64,000 bases of DNA from the human T2T-CHM13v2.0 reference genome, Homo sapiens. Within the stretch, counting starts at the first letter, position 1. Every line of letters begins with the position of its first letter. The notes below the pieces were generated by a model. It was given only the letters and a program-made list of their open reading frames with translations, was not told where the DNA came from and ran no database searches. The translations under genes were made by a program, and so were the position numbers. Location: NCBI RefSeq assembly GCF_009914755.1, contig NC_060926.1, one strand, 5' to 3'. Positions 50,720 through 64,000 of this stretch are shown here, in pieces.

Positions 50720-52356
50720 CTGGACAGGGAGGGGAAACGAGATAGCCAAGGAGACTCCCACCTGCTCTCACTCCCTCACTCCCCTTCAGACTGCTTTGAG
50801 GCCTAACTTGAAAAAAATTCTCCCAATGTTGCCAAGAGACTGAAAGAATAAATAAGTACTCCTCCGATTCTGCAGATGGGGAGACTGAATGTAGGTTAAC
50901 CCCAGGCACCATTAAGCCTTGTAGATGGGAAGGAACTGGCAACGACTTTCCTTGACTAAGACATTCCTTGACGGATGAAAACGGCTCCACTGAGATGTGG
51001 GTTGAGGGGTCAGAGAAGAGCCCCGGGGTTGCCGGACATCAGGCCTGGATGGCCTCCTTCAGGCTGAGCAGATGGGAGTCTCAGTGCTTCTACCTCAGCC
51101 ACCCAGACCTCCCCTCTCCACCTTCACTTTTGGTAGCTGTGGGGAGGAGGAGGCCTGTTCTGATGGTCAGAGTAAACAGGCCTTATTTTCCCTTTGCCAC
51201 CAGCTTCCTGGCTCACAGGAATTCCTGGACCAGTCTCCAAGTCTGTGGGAGACTTCCATGCCCCCACATTACCCCCAGGGGACCTCCCAAGGAAATTCAT
51301 CACTTCTGGAATTTTCCAGCAGAGACTATCAAGGTGGCCTCTCTCCAATCTCTCTGGCTAGTGTCACTTCATGGGAGGAAGGTCACACAGGCAGAGCCAG
51401 TGGGGTCTGATGTGAGAGGTACTGGAGACAAGCCCTCCACCCAAATGTATTCCCACTCTCTGCGTTTATAACTTCCTGAGTCCTCTTTTATGCTGAAGAT
51501 ACCCCAGGGATGGTTACTTTCAAGCTCTTCTTAGTCCTTAACGTCTTAGAATGAATTCCTTTTTCAGATTGCTTTCCCTCTGGGCAGCAAGGGCATGGAC
51601 AGACAAGAGACAGAGATAATTTTGTCGGAAGATGGAGGGGAGCAGTTGGGGTAGCGGCAGGACTGGGTGCAGTCCACAGTCGCTGACACAGTGGGAAAGC
51701 GCCTGGGGGTAGAGGACAGCTCTGAAGAGAGCGCCTGTGAACATCACAATTTTCCTACCAATCCCCCTTCTACTGCAGTCTTTCCCGCGGGCACAGGCCT
51801 GTTTCTCACAGCCTCAGTGAAGACACAGCTTCCTTGTGCCTCTTCCTGTCCCTGTGGAGGGGTCAGCTATGGGCATGGATATGGTCAACAGGTCCTGCCA
51901 TTTTGTCCCCACAGCTGTTTCCCAATTCGACTCATGTGGGGGCATCATACACACTGGGCTGGGTGGCCTACCAGCACGAGGAGGGGCTCGTGAGCAATGG
52001 CACTACCCTTATAATCGTTTAAATCCAATCAGACAAAAAAAAAAATAACCCTCCACAACCACCTGGGCAACCATCAGCAGCCCCAAGGATCCTAACATAG
52101 TGAGAAAAAGCAGGAATTGACAGGAACACCGGAGTCCCCAAGACTCAAAAAGTCCCTTTGTCTCAGGCATGGTCAGCTGATTACTAAGCAGCGTTCTTCA
52201 GGGTGGAGGGCTGGGTGTAACAGGGCAGCCACCGTCTCCGAGCATCAGGCAGGGAGGGGGTCCAGGGAAGGGGAGGAGATACGGGCTGGGCAGGAGCACC
52301 CTGGAGAAAGAGGCTTCGGAAGCAGCAATGCTTCAGGGTGTCCCAACAAACCCACT

Positions 52357-52661
52357 TGTTTTTGTTGTTGTTTTGATTTGTTTTGAGACAAGAGTCTCAC
52401 TCTGTCGTAAAGGCTGGAGTGCAGTGGCACCATCTTGGCTCACTGCAACCTCCTCCTCCTGGGTTCAAGCAGTTCTCGTGCCTGTCTGGCACATGCCTGG
52501 GACTACAGGCATGTGCCACCACGCCCGGCTAATTTTTGTATTTTTGATCGAGATAGGGTTTCTCCATGTTGGCCAGGCTGGTCTCAAACTCCTGGCCTCG
52601 ATCCATCAGCCTCAGCCTCCCAAACTGCTGGAATTACAGGTGTGTGCCACCACACCTGGCC
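52357..52661 (-). mobile_element. Alu with TSD ccaacaaacccacttgt / ccaaccaacccacttgt
   Basis: Alu consensus flanked by a near-perfect direct repeat. Confidence 0.9.
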
Positions 52662-54375
52662 ATCCAACCAACCCACTTGTAATACAGAAGATAAGAGAAA
52701 TTTAACCAGGGAGTTGGTCCTTCCTTACACGTTGTGACATGTTTGGTAAGAAGGCCAGGGTTGTGGCATCCCAGAAATGGGAGCATGCTAGTGTTCCAAC
52801 CAACCCTGGCTTGCCCAAAGCCTGGATGTGGGCTTGTATAACCAGGGCCCTGCTGACTCCACTTCCTGAACCCTTGGGGACTCCAATCTGGCTCTGCACT
52901 GCAGAGTCACTGCAGCACAACGATGCTGTCTGAATCTACTCTCTGTTCACTGGGAATCTGCCAGCTGAGGGCAGGCATGGAGTTTAGCTTTGCACAAATC
53001 AATGATGAAGAAAGAGCCTGCAGAGCAAATGCCTCTGGGCTTGCACCTGAAGAGCACCCAATAGCAGAGACCACTGATGCTGCAAATACCGAGAAGCAGC
53101 ATCAAGTATCAGCAAGGAGAACCAGATGCTGGCGCTAGGTGATGGGTTCCAATCCCCAAATCAAGAAAGCACTGTCTGGTGAAAGGGACAGCTAGTGTTA
53201 TTATTACCACTCACACATTCATTAAAACAGGTTATAAAAAACTTTTACTAGGTAATGCTTTCTTATCACAGTTGCACTGTCTGTATGCATGAGTAAAAGT
53301 GGTTTTCCTCTCCAAATAATGTTCCAGAATACTGACTAGTTCCTAAATTACTTCCAAATTAAGGGCTCTGGAGTTAGACTGCCTAGGTCAAATCAAAGTT
53401 CTGTCTTTCAGCTGTATAGACTTTGGTGTGTTATTTAACTGCTGTAAGCCTCAGTGTTCTCTCATGAGTAAAATGGGAATGAAAATAGTGCCTTTGTGAT
53501 TCACAGAAAATGCCTGGCACAGTGTAGTGCATGTGGTGTGGAGCTTAAATATTGATGGATTTTGTTACTGTTGTTATTAATTTATTTGTGCCCGGGACAC
53601 TGACATGAGGGGCTGACTTTGTTTTTGCCTTCCACCAAACTTAGGGGTGGCTGGAAGGCCTGGAGGTCACCCAAGCTCCTGAAGGCTCCTCGCCAAGTCT
53701 CAGGTTTCCTTTGTCATCTTTCTTCCTACTCCTGGGGAGATAGACAAGGGGACCATGGGGCCTCCTGTCCTTGAGGTATGCAGGAGTTGGAATTAAGGGG
53801 GCCTCCTCTGGGCTTCCCCAAGGGGCACAGTCACAGGATTCTGGGGCTGTGGGCCTTAGAACTGGACCCAATTTGTTTGCAGAATTCTGATCTCATCACG
53901 AGGGTTTCAGCCCAGTTCATGGGAGACCACAGGAAGAAGATGCACTATTGGACAGTCTAATTAACTACCACTGTTCTCGCCACAGGGAGATTCTTTTCTG
54001 TCTCTCTGCCAGCCCCAATCCCTATCCCATCTTTAAAGGTGCTTGTGGATCACAGGATAGATGAAGCCATGTGTGCTGGTCTTCTCTCTCCAACAAATCC
54101 CAAGCTCAAGGACAGCTGGCGCCTCATTTAATCATGTTCTCTGTCCCACACCCCCAGGGCCTGACACAGAGCCAGCACCTGGGACTCCGTCATTCCCCGA
54201 CTACTGGCCTTGGCAAAGTCCCCCAGGCAGCCCAGAGTCCCCACTGGGGATCTTCCTGGAACTCCCACTCCTTTGTAGGAGTGGAACTCTGCCCATAGGG
54301 GATCCCTGCTCCTGAAACCAAAGACTTTTTCCTGCCCTGGCCCTCCATTGCAGCTAAGTGCAGGGGTTTTACTAC

Positions 54376-54431
54376 CTGGTCTGTGTTTGGGGTGAGAGAA
54401 ATGTCATTCATGCTTCTGCTCTGGGCATGAC
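54376..54431 (-). CDS. SLC4A5: SLC4A5 56-nt exon
   Basis: tcctag|GTCATGCC...GACCAG|gtagta; (C)HAQSRSMNDISLTPNTDQ. Confidence 0.9.
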
Positions 54432-56924
54432 CTAGGAGAAAAGGAAAAGAAGATCCATCAGGGGAAGCCAGGCTCTTGCAGGTCCCTTTCCTATGGGCCC
54501 TACTCATGTACCTCTCCCATGTTCATAACCAAAGCAAACTCCCTCCCCCTTAATCCTGCAGTCCCCTTAAACTAGCATCCTCTCACTTTCCTTCTGTTCA
54601 ATGGCTGCTTTCCTGAAAGAGGTGTTAGACTCCAGTTTCCACTGTTTCCTTCTCCCTCCTCAATCTACCACACTCTAGTCTCTACTCCTCCACCCCAACG
54701 TCTTGGATGTCACCAGGCTGTCTACTCTGGGTGTGGCTCTGCACCAGGCCCGGATAGGAGGAGGGACACAGACGCATTATTAGGTGAGGTTCCATGTGTC
54801 ACTTAGCTTGGAATTTGCTGGAGGGGGAGCAGTTTCACCTCTGTCCTCCATGACCGGTGAGAGTCTTCAAACATGGGCTGGGGATTTAGGCTGGCAGAGG
54901 GAAGGAAGGTGGGCTTCCCATGAGAACAGTGATAGCCAATTATTTGAACTGCCCAATAGTTCCTTCCTCTGTTAAGAGAGAGAAAGCCAGCTCTCCTCTC
55001 CCACTAGCCCAATCTGGTGGACACCCTCAGACCTATCGTGTCTCGGCTATTGGCCTGTGCCACTCCTGGTGTCCAGAATGCTGCTCCTCTTGGCTCTCCT
55101 CCTCTCATTTCTGTCCCAGGATCCTCTCCTGCTTGGACATCCCAGGGCCTTGTCTTTGCTCTCATCCCCTCCAGGTGCCTCAGCCTCTCCGCTGGTCAAT
55201 CGCTCCCACTCCTGTTGTTTCCAACACCCATTTGGGCTGAGGATGCCCAGGATGGATCTTTAGTCTGACTCCTCTTCTGAGCTGCAGACTCCTTGGAGCA
55301 GTCCCCTCTGGCACCTCAAATGCAACTCTTTACCTGCCCCCAAATCACTTTCCTCATGGACACATTCCACTCAATGCCCCTCCCTCCCATCCACCAGCCC
55401 TTTAGACAGAAATCTAGGAGCAGCCTTGGGCCCTCCCTCTTCCTCACCTCCTACTTCCCACCAGTACTTCAATTCCACCTCTGTCCCTTCCTCTCCATTC
55501 TGGAATGCAGGCTCAGTCTCTGCCTTCCAATGTTGCCCCTTCTAGATTATTCCTACTCAGACAGAAATCCGATCACAGCATGCTCCTGCTTCAAGCTTCC
55601 CAGGGGTTCCCATTATCTTCAGAATAAAACCCGGGTTCTTTTGCTGGGTGCACAAGGCCCTCTTTGATTTGACTCTCTCTTCCCTTTAACTCCTGCACTT
55701 CCTGTGAACTGGACTAATGTTTTTATTTTCATAGCTCCAGCTCCTTCTCTTCCATCCCCCAACCTCCTATTTGTTTTGTTTGTTTAGAACCCCCTCTTCC
55801 TCCTCCTTGCTCCTGGAAACCTTCTATTTATGCTCCAAGACTCAGTCAGTGTCTCCTCCTCTCTGATCCTTCCCCTGTGTGCTGTGTTCTGCATGCTGGG
55901 CCACCTCATGGCGGGTGCCCACCTTGAATATGACCTGGTTCACACAAAGCTGCAATCATCCATTCGTGCCTCTTGTCCCAGTGGTTCCCACCCCTAAGCA
56001 GTGTCAGTAGGGAGGTGACCTCATATACAATGATAACTGAGTGGAAGGTCTTCCCGAAGCCACTCTGTACCCACTGAACACTGCCACTGGGCATCCCTAT
56101 GTGGCATAACAAGGCTGGGGAGACTAAGAGGACTTGGGTCATCAGGACAGAGAGAGAAGACTGCAGCAAATGCCTGCTGTGCCCAAGGCCACAGGCAGGG
56201 GCTGCATTGCCCCCAAGTCACTCCTTGGGCCTGGACAGGGGTACAGCACTGGGCTGAACTTGTTAACATCTTGGCATTTTAGTAAAAGTACCTGAAGGAA
56301 AATAGTCCTTCACTGCTTTTTCTTTTTCACTTCACTTTCTAAGTTCGCTCCTTTCTTTCCCCCAGCTCGCCTGTCTGTGTATCCCTGACGAGGTGCATGT
56401 AAAACCTGTCTGTCACCTCTCACCTCAAACCCACACCCCGCCCCCTACCAGCCATTCCCAGAAAAAAGGGGCCGTGACTCTGCCCACATTTCTTCTCCAT
56501 GGTGGCATGAGACTGCCACCCAGTGATGGGAATGCTGCCTGACTGAACTGAAGGAAAGGACCTTGCCTGTTTTTGATTCCATTTCCAGGAAAGCTTTTCA
56601 CCAAAAAACAGGGTTAATGTCAGTTTGATGAAGATGAAGGTACAGACTAAGATAAAAACACCTAGAATATGGGAGTGGGTATTGATTACACCAGGATGTG
56701 ACTGACAGCCTCATTTTTCAGAGGAATGACTTGAATATTATGGTAGTAAATGAGGCCCTGAGAGCAGCCTGGGTTTAGAGTGAAAGTTAGGCTCCTCCTG
56801 ATGCATGCCCTGAGAATTCTTGGCAGATCCTGGGCTTTGTCTCCCCCACCTATGGCAATGTGGCCATGTCACAGCTGCCACAGCCTGAATAAAGCTGCCA
56901 CAGAGCGGCAGAGCACACACTCAC

Positions 56925-57020
56925 ACAGACGTCCGTAATTTGCACTCTGCCGCATCCGCAGGTCTTCCGTGGAGTGGTGTAGACTCGGGCCAGCACCAGG
57001 GCTCCGGGCAGGACTGCGAT
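56925..57020 (-). CDS. SLC4A5: SLC4A5 96-nt exon
   Basis: tcccag|ATCGCAGT...CGTCTGT|gtgagt; [32 protein letters not shown]. Confidence 0.9.
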
Positions 57021-57205
57021 CTGGGAGGAGAATCAGAAGGGACTTGGCTTCGACAGCCTTGCTGGTGTAGCGAAGCCTCTTGGGTTAGTTCACTTTAACT
57101 AAATAAAACTGGGTGGCAAGACATGTCTCTTCCCCTTCTGGGAAGAAATTCTTTTTTTTTTTTTTTTTTTAATTTAAGCAAGTCAATAGTCTGAACAAGA
57201 TTACA

Positions 57206-58174
<969 letters not shown>

Positions 58175-58934
58175 ACTTCCCATTTTTAAGTAATTCATTT
58201 AAAGAGGTTCCTCAATGTTTTTAATGTAGCAACTTTGCTCTGGTTACTGTGTTTGTCTGACAGGCTCAGTAGGGCTAGTGTCCCTGGGCATCTAGGCTGG
58301 GATACTGATAGTGGAATGTTGGAGATTTGAGATGTGTACATGCAACAAGCCACTCTCTCTAAATGGCCCCAGGTCCTGCTAATCAGAGTGACATCAGCCA
58401 CCAGATCTACAAGCCCTGGCACTCTTGAGATAAGCCCAGCCCCTTCTACCACCCTGATGTGTTCCATTTTCTGCTGAGGCTCTTGACCTCTCTAGGGGGT
58501 TTGATGTGAAACTTTTGGGTCCTTTCCATAGCAAGCCATCTCTACCAGCATTTCCCAATGCTGTGTGACATAAGAATCTCTTGGGGTGCATTCTAACTTC
58601 TCTTTTTCTAGGCCATACCCCAGAACAATTGACTCCAACTCTCCAAGGTGGGGCCCAGGCATTAGGACACATCTCAAGCCCCAAAGTGATCTGCCACATG
58701 CAGCCCTGGCTGGGAACCAACTCTCTCCCTAGAAATTGTTCTGCTCTGGTGGTGGGAACAACACGGGAGTGTGGCTGGGGTCCCCACAGGCCTGCCAGAG
58801 AAGGAGGCTGAGGGATCCCCAGAACATCAGAATTTCTCCAGAAACTCCCAGCCCCTAAGGTGGGCTCACCCGGGTACCAGGGCCTGATACTGGCCCTGCA
58901 TGTCCCATGCCTACCAGCGTAAGGCCTGACTCAC

Positions 58935-59087
58935 TTGTGGTGGAGACTGACTTCCCAATGTCAGCTAAGGAGCGGTGGATGGGCTTCTTGGTTTGGTGGC
59001 GGTGCCTCCTCAGGAGGACGTAACTGACCCTCTCCCGGAGCTCTGGCCGCAGGAGACCATCCTCAATCTGCTTCTCAATGACATCAT
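58935..59087 (-). CDS. SLC4A5: SLC4A5 exon
   Basis: acacag|ATGATGTC...ACCACAA|gtgagt; [51 protein letters not shown]. Confidence 0.95.
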
Positions 59088-59273
59088 CTGTGTGGAAAAC
59101 ATACACACCTCATCCCTGTGGGACAGAACAGCTCCAGGGTATGGAAGTCTTCAGTTTCACCTGTTATTAGTGGGATTAAATGTGGCAGAGGGGGTGTGGA
59201 AGTACTCCTGGCTTTGCCACTAGCTGTGGAAAACTGGGCACATCACCAACTCTTGGCCTCCTCCTGTTCAAGG

Positions 59274-59277
<4 letters not shown>

Positions 59278-59329
<52 letters not shown>
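59278..59329 (+). repeat. (GT)n microsatellite
   Basis: About 26 perfect units. Confidence 0.95.
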
Positions 59330-59330
<1 letters not shown>

Positions 59331-59911
59331 TGCTCTTTCTGTCAATGTTCTTATGAAAAGTGAAATAAACAGTACATATGAAACTGCCCCAGGAGGCACA
59401 AAAGTACTGTGTTCAATGGTTTTAGTCCTAAAATGAACTCTTTTTAGAAAAGTATTTTGGGCAAAATACTTCTGGCAAAATCCAATGTGCTAGAACAAAA
59501 CTCACAAAAATTTTTAGGGGTGTTAAGGCAAGCCAACTCCTCCCTTCGACACACCACTAAATGACAGCTAATTTCCTAAAGATGAATGATGACCCATTTT
59601 ACCCTGAAAAGAAACAGGTTGTCATGGCAAGAGGTATCTCTGACTATGCAAGAGGCCCTCTCCCCTTTTACCACATTTCTGGATGGCATTTTGGAGGATG
59701 GTCTTTTCCTCTCTACTGGAGGTCTACATGGTACTGAAACTTGGAGTGACTATGATCCTGCCCTGGGAGCAACAGAGTCAAAGCTGGTCTCTGCAGAATC
59801 AGGTGTCAGAGACGGGCCGTCACACAGACTTGAGGGCAGGCATGAGGTCAGGGGAGCTGCCCTGGTTTGCAGGGACCACAGGAGAGATGCACACAGTGGC
59901 CCCTGCCTCAC

Positions 59912-60072
59912 CTATGATCTGTGGTAAGGAGCCACTGTCCAAATCCAGCAGCACCGTCCCCGTCTGCAGGCAGGTACGGAGCTCGAAGAGGCTGTGCAGG
60001 GATAGTGTGGACACGTGGGGCTTGCTCCAGCGTTCGCCGCCTTCCTCTACCTTTTCTTCAAACTTTATCCAC
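59912..60072 (-). CDS. SLC4A5: SLC4A5 exon (N-terminal cytoplasmic domain)
   Basis: ttccag|GTGGATA...ATCATAG|gtgagg; [53 protein letters not shown] (SLC4 signature). Confidence 0.95.
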
Positions 60073-60959
60073 CTGGAAGGGTAAGGATGGGGCTCAGTGT
60101 GGCCAGGGCCCTCAGGAGGAGGCCTCACCTGGGTCTCCCCAAAAGAGGGGTGTCATGTGGGTTCATGCTATGTATGTGGTTGTGGTGTTGGTCCCAGACT
60201 CACAGGCAGAGGATCTCTTGGGGATCCCCTCATTTGTCCCCCACTCCTCCTGATACTGTCATGTGAAGGAAAGTGGCATCCAGAGAAGTATACAGGGGCA
60301 TGAGGGATCTTCTGGGAGTGATGTAAATGTTCTAAAATTGGATTATGGTGACAGTTGCACAATTCCATACATTTTCTAAAAATCATTTACCAGTACACTT
60401 ACAATTAGAGAATTTTAAGTTATTCTAGAACAATAAAGCTGTTTTTTTAAAAAGCCTCAACTGGAACCTGATTATCTCAGGCTGTTCACACATGAGTGTT
60501 CAGTGTGGTTTGCTGGGAGCAGGAAAAATGTTCCCTGACGAAAAGTATTTCTCCCTGAGTTCCCCTGCAAGGTCTGAGGTTTCCATGCTTTTCACTCTTT
60601 TTGCCTCTGAAAGTTCAGGTAAAAATTCACATGCCATCCAGGGAAGGAAAGAAATTAAACCAAGGATGTGTAGGGATCTGTCCTTTCTAGAAGACTTGGA
60701 ATCATGGGCTGGGTGTTCAAGTAGAAAGGCCTCAGATAGTGCCAGGGGAGCAAGGAGTCCTGGCCGGAGACACCTAGCTCCCCTTTGTAAGATGTCAACC
60801 ACAAATGCATGGGTAGCTCCAATCTATTGCAACTGAAATCCCAAGGGAGGACTTTTGGACCATGACTATCTAATTCTAAAGTTCCTCTAAAAAAGGTAAA
60901 TGTAGGAGAATGGTGAGGAAAGTTCAAAAATGAAGAGAAATGGGGATGGGGCATGCCTT

Positions 60960-62480
60960 AGCACATATAGAAACTTGCGGAGAAGCTTCAGTAATTAAAG
61001 CGGTGTGATTCCAGGCCAGATATAGACAAGGGATCAGTGGCACAAGAGTCCAGAAACAGACCTGTATATCCATGGGAATTCAGGTTTTTTGTTGGTTTTT
61101 TTGAGACAGAGTCTCCCCCAGGCTGGAGTGCAGTGGCATGATTTTGGCTCACTGCAGCCTCGACCACCTGTGCTCAGGTGATCTTCCCAACTCAGCCTCC
61201 CAAGTAGCTGGGACTACATGCATGCACCATCACGCTTGGCTAATTTTTGTATTTTTTGTAGAGATGGGGTTTCATCATGTTGCCCAGGCTGGTCTCGAAC
61301 TCCTGGGCTTAAGTGATCAGCCCACCTTGGCCTCCCAAAGTTCTAGAATCACAGTCGTGAGCCACCACGCCCAGTCACGGAATTAGGATTTTGATGAAGG
61401 AGTTGTTTAAAAGACAACCAACCTAAAAATAGAAAGTTAAATCCCTACTTTTCACCAAACACAATACTAAATTCTTCATAGATTAAAGTCTAAAGATAAA
61501 AATAAATCTATAAGCAAAAATGCAAATATACTAGAAGAGAATATAGGAGAGTATTCTTATATTCTTGGAGAATATTGTGGAGAAAGACTTCCTAAACAAG
61601 GTATAAAACCATAAAGGAAAAAAATGGACAGATTTGATTGCACAAAACTAAAATAAATGAAAACTTCTATATAGTAAAATAACATATAAATCAAGTTCAA
61701 AGAAAAGTAATGTACTGAGAAAAATATCTGCAACAAAGAAAGCATCAAAATACTAATATTTATAACAATGCTCCTTTGAATTAATAAGAAATTAACCAAT
61801 TAACTCAAATTATCCAATAGAAAGTAAACAATCCTGAGAAGAAATGAAGATGGCCAATAAACATATGAAAAGATGCTCAACCTTACCAGTAATCATGGAC
61901 TTTTAAATTACTACAAATGAAATAACATTCTTCATTTTTTAATACTGGCAAAAGTTAAAAAGATTGACAACTTCCTGTGTCAGTGAAAACATGGGGAGGT
62001 GGCCTCTCATCTGCTGCAGGTGTAATGACACAGCCTTCCTGGTGTGGGCAGCCTGTTTCAACATTCAGTGTGCATGCCTTTTGACCCAGTGGTTCGATTT
62101 CTAGGAAACGATCACAGGAATATAATTACACTGCCACACCCTGTAATATGTATACAAGGACGCTCGATGAAGCTTTGTCTGTTAGGCCAAAGAACTGGAA
62201 ACCACCAGGTTTTCAGTAGAAGCATGATTACATCAATTCTGTATGTCCATGTTGTGGAATATCCCCCAGAAATAAATAAAAAATATGTGGGTGAACTCAC
62301 ATACTGACAGGACGGACACTACCATCCCATTTTATAAAAAAGAAAAACACACTTGTGTGTGTGCACACATGTGTCTGGAGAAAGCAAAAGTTTTGGAGGG
62401 ATCCATGTCAAATGGTTAACAATGATTACTTTGAGCAGAGGAGTAGGATTGTTGTTGGGGCGGGATTTAAGACTTTCACT
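60960..62480 (+). mobile_element. Old L1 fragment interrupted by an Alu (- 61085-61375)
   Basis: ccagaaacagacc; atggccaataaacatatgaaaagatgctcaacctt; L1 3' region motifs. Confidence 0.75.
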
Positions 62481-62521
62481 TTATTGGGGCGAATTAGTGT
62501 AGCAAGAGTGCAGTCTGGTTA

Positions 62522-62890
<369 letters not shown>

Positions 62891-64000
62891 TTACTTAATC
62901 TCTCATCACCTTTGATTTCTTCAGTAATAATAATAATGTACAGCAATTAGAGCAGTGCCTAGCACACAAGATACACTCTGTTAATGTTAGCTATTAAGTT
63001 AAAAATAAAGAATATTACTTTTGTAATTTTAGGAACAATAAAAAAAGAAGAAAGCAAAGTCATTCAAAGCTCCTCCAACCAGGAGGCATCATGCTGATGT
63101 CTTGATGGTTGATATTTTGGTAACTGCCATTCTAGATCTCCTCGTGCATGCATGCACATATGCCTGTGTTTGCATTAACTGTACATTAATGGCACCACAA
63201 GGACCTTAAGGGTATAGTATCTAATGGACATCCTTTCATCTCTATTAGTATTAACATCATTCTGAAGTCCTTCTAGTATTCCACTGTCTGAATGTACCAT
63301 AATTGATAGGAACAGTTCTCAACTGGTAGACATTCAGATTATTTCTAATTATTCTTTATTATTAATTAAGGCTGGTTGGAACATCCTTGGTTCCTGCTCC
63401 ACAATTTCTTTAGGATAAACTCTCAGAAGTGGAATTACTGTGTCTGCACATTTTTACATTTATAACAAGCATTACCAAACTGTTTTCCAGAAAGCTTATG
63501 TCAGTGCCCACTGCCACCAATGAGATCTTACATTTCCCTAAAGTCTCCCAGACTTTGGTATTTTCATTCTTTTTCACCTTTGTTCATTTGGTAATTGAAA
63601 AATTATCTCACATTTGCACTCTTCTGATTACTAGTGAGATTGAACATCTTTTCCTTCATCAGATTTCCTCTTCACGTAACTGTATATTTTGCATTATCTA
63701 TGTTTAACACCTTCATTCCATACATTTATTTGAGACAAGTTAACCAGGCACCTGGTGGGATCCTGGGGAATCAGATGGACACAGAATGGGGAGATCTAAT
63801 TAGAGAAGGACTGGGAGGTGAAGACCTGAAACATGGGGGCTGGAGCCAGAGACCAGGCAGACAAGTTGTAGCTGACCTTTTTGTGGAGAAATCTGTTTGG
63901 GAAATATCATTTAAATTATGGCAGATCCAAGACTATGTGATATCGAAAGTAAGATGTTTCTAAAAGGTATATTAACATAAGAGTTTACAAGGAATAGACC

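Overview
Human genomic DNA, intron-rich and Alu-dense, recognisable as the MTHFD2 / SLC4A5 locus (2p13). Plus strand: MTHFD2 exons 2-8 (443-8993) and its 3' UTR, with a proximal AATAAA at 10010 and a distal candidate at 12285. Minus strand, converging on it: the 3' portion of SLC4A5 (NBCe2/NBC4), 22 coding exons from 60072 down to the canonical stop at 16217, plus a 48-nt cassette and a final exon. All exon boundaries were traced by hand with GT-AG sites and consistent phases. Main observation: skipping the 85-nt exon (17618-17702) shifts the frame so that the 68-nt stop exon and the nominally 3'-UTR last exon read as an open 61-aa (or 77-aa) tail, EKD...VPQVKIEME...SETTL*. This closely parallels the PDZ-ligand C-terminus of the SLC4A4 variant NBCe1-C. 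Other observations: a MIR-derived 48-nt cassette exon, a probable polyadenylation-dependent overlap of the two 3' UTRs, a perfect 26-bp long-range inverted repeat that looks like a templated insertion, and 19 consecutive co-oriented Alus. Repeat family names and boundaries are by eye and approximate.
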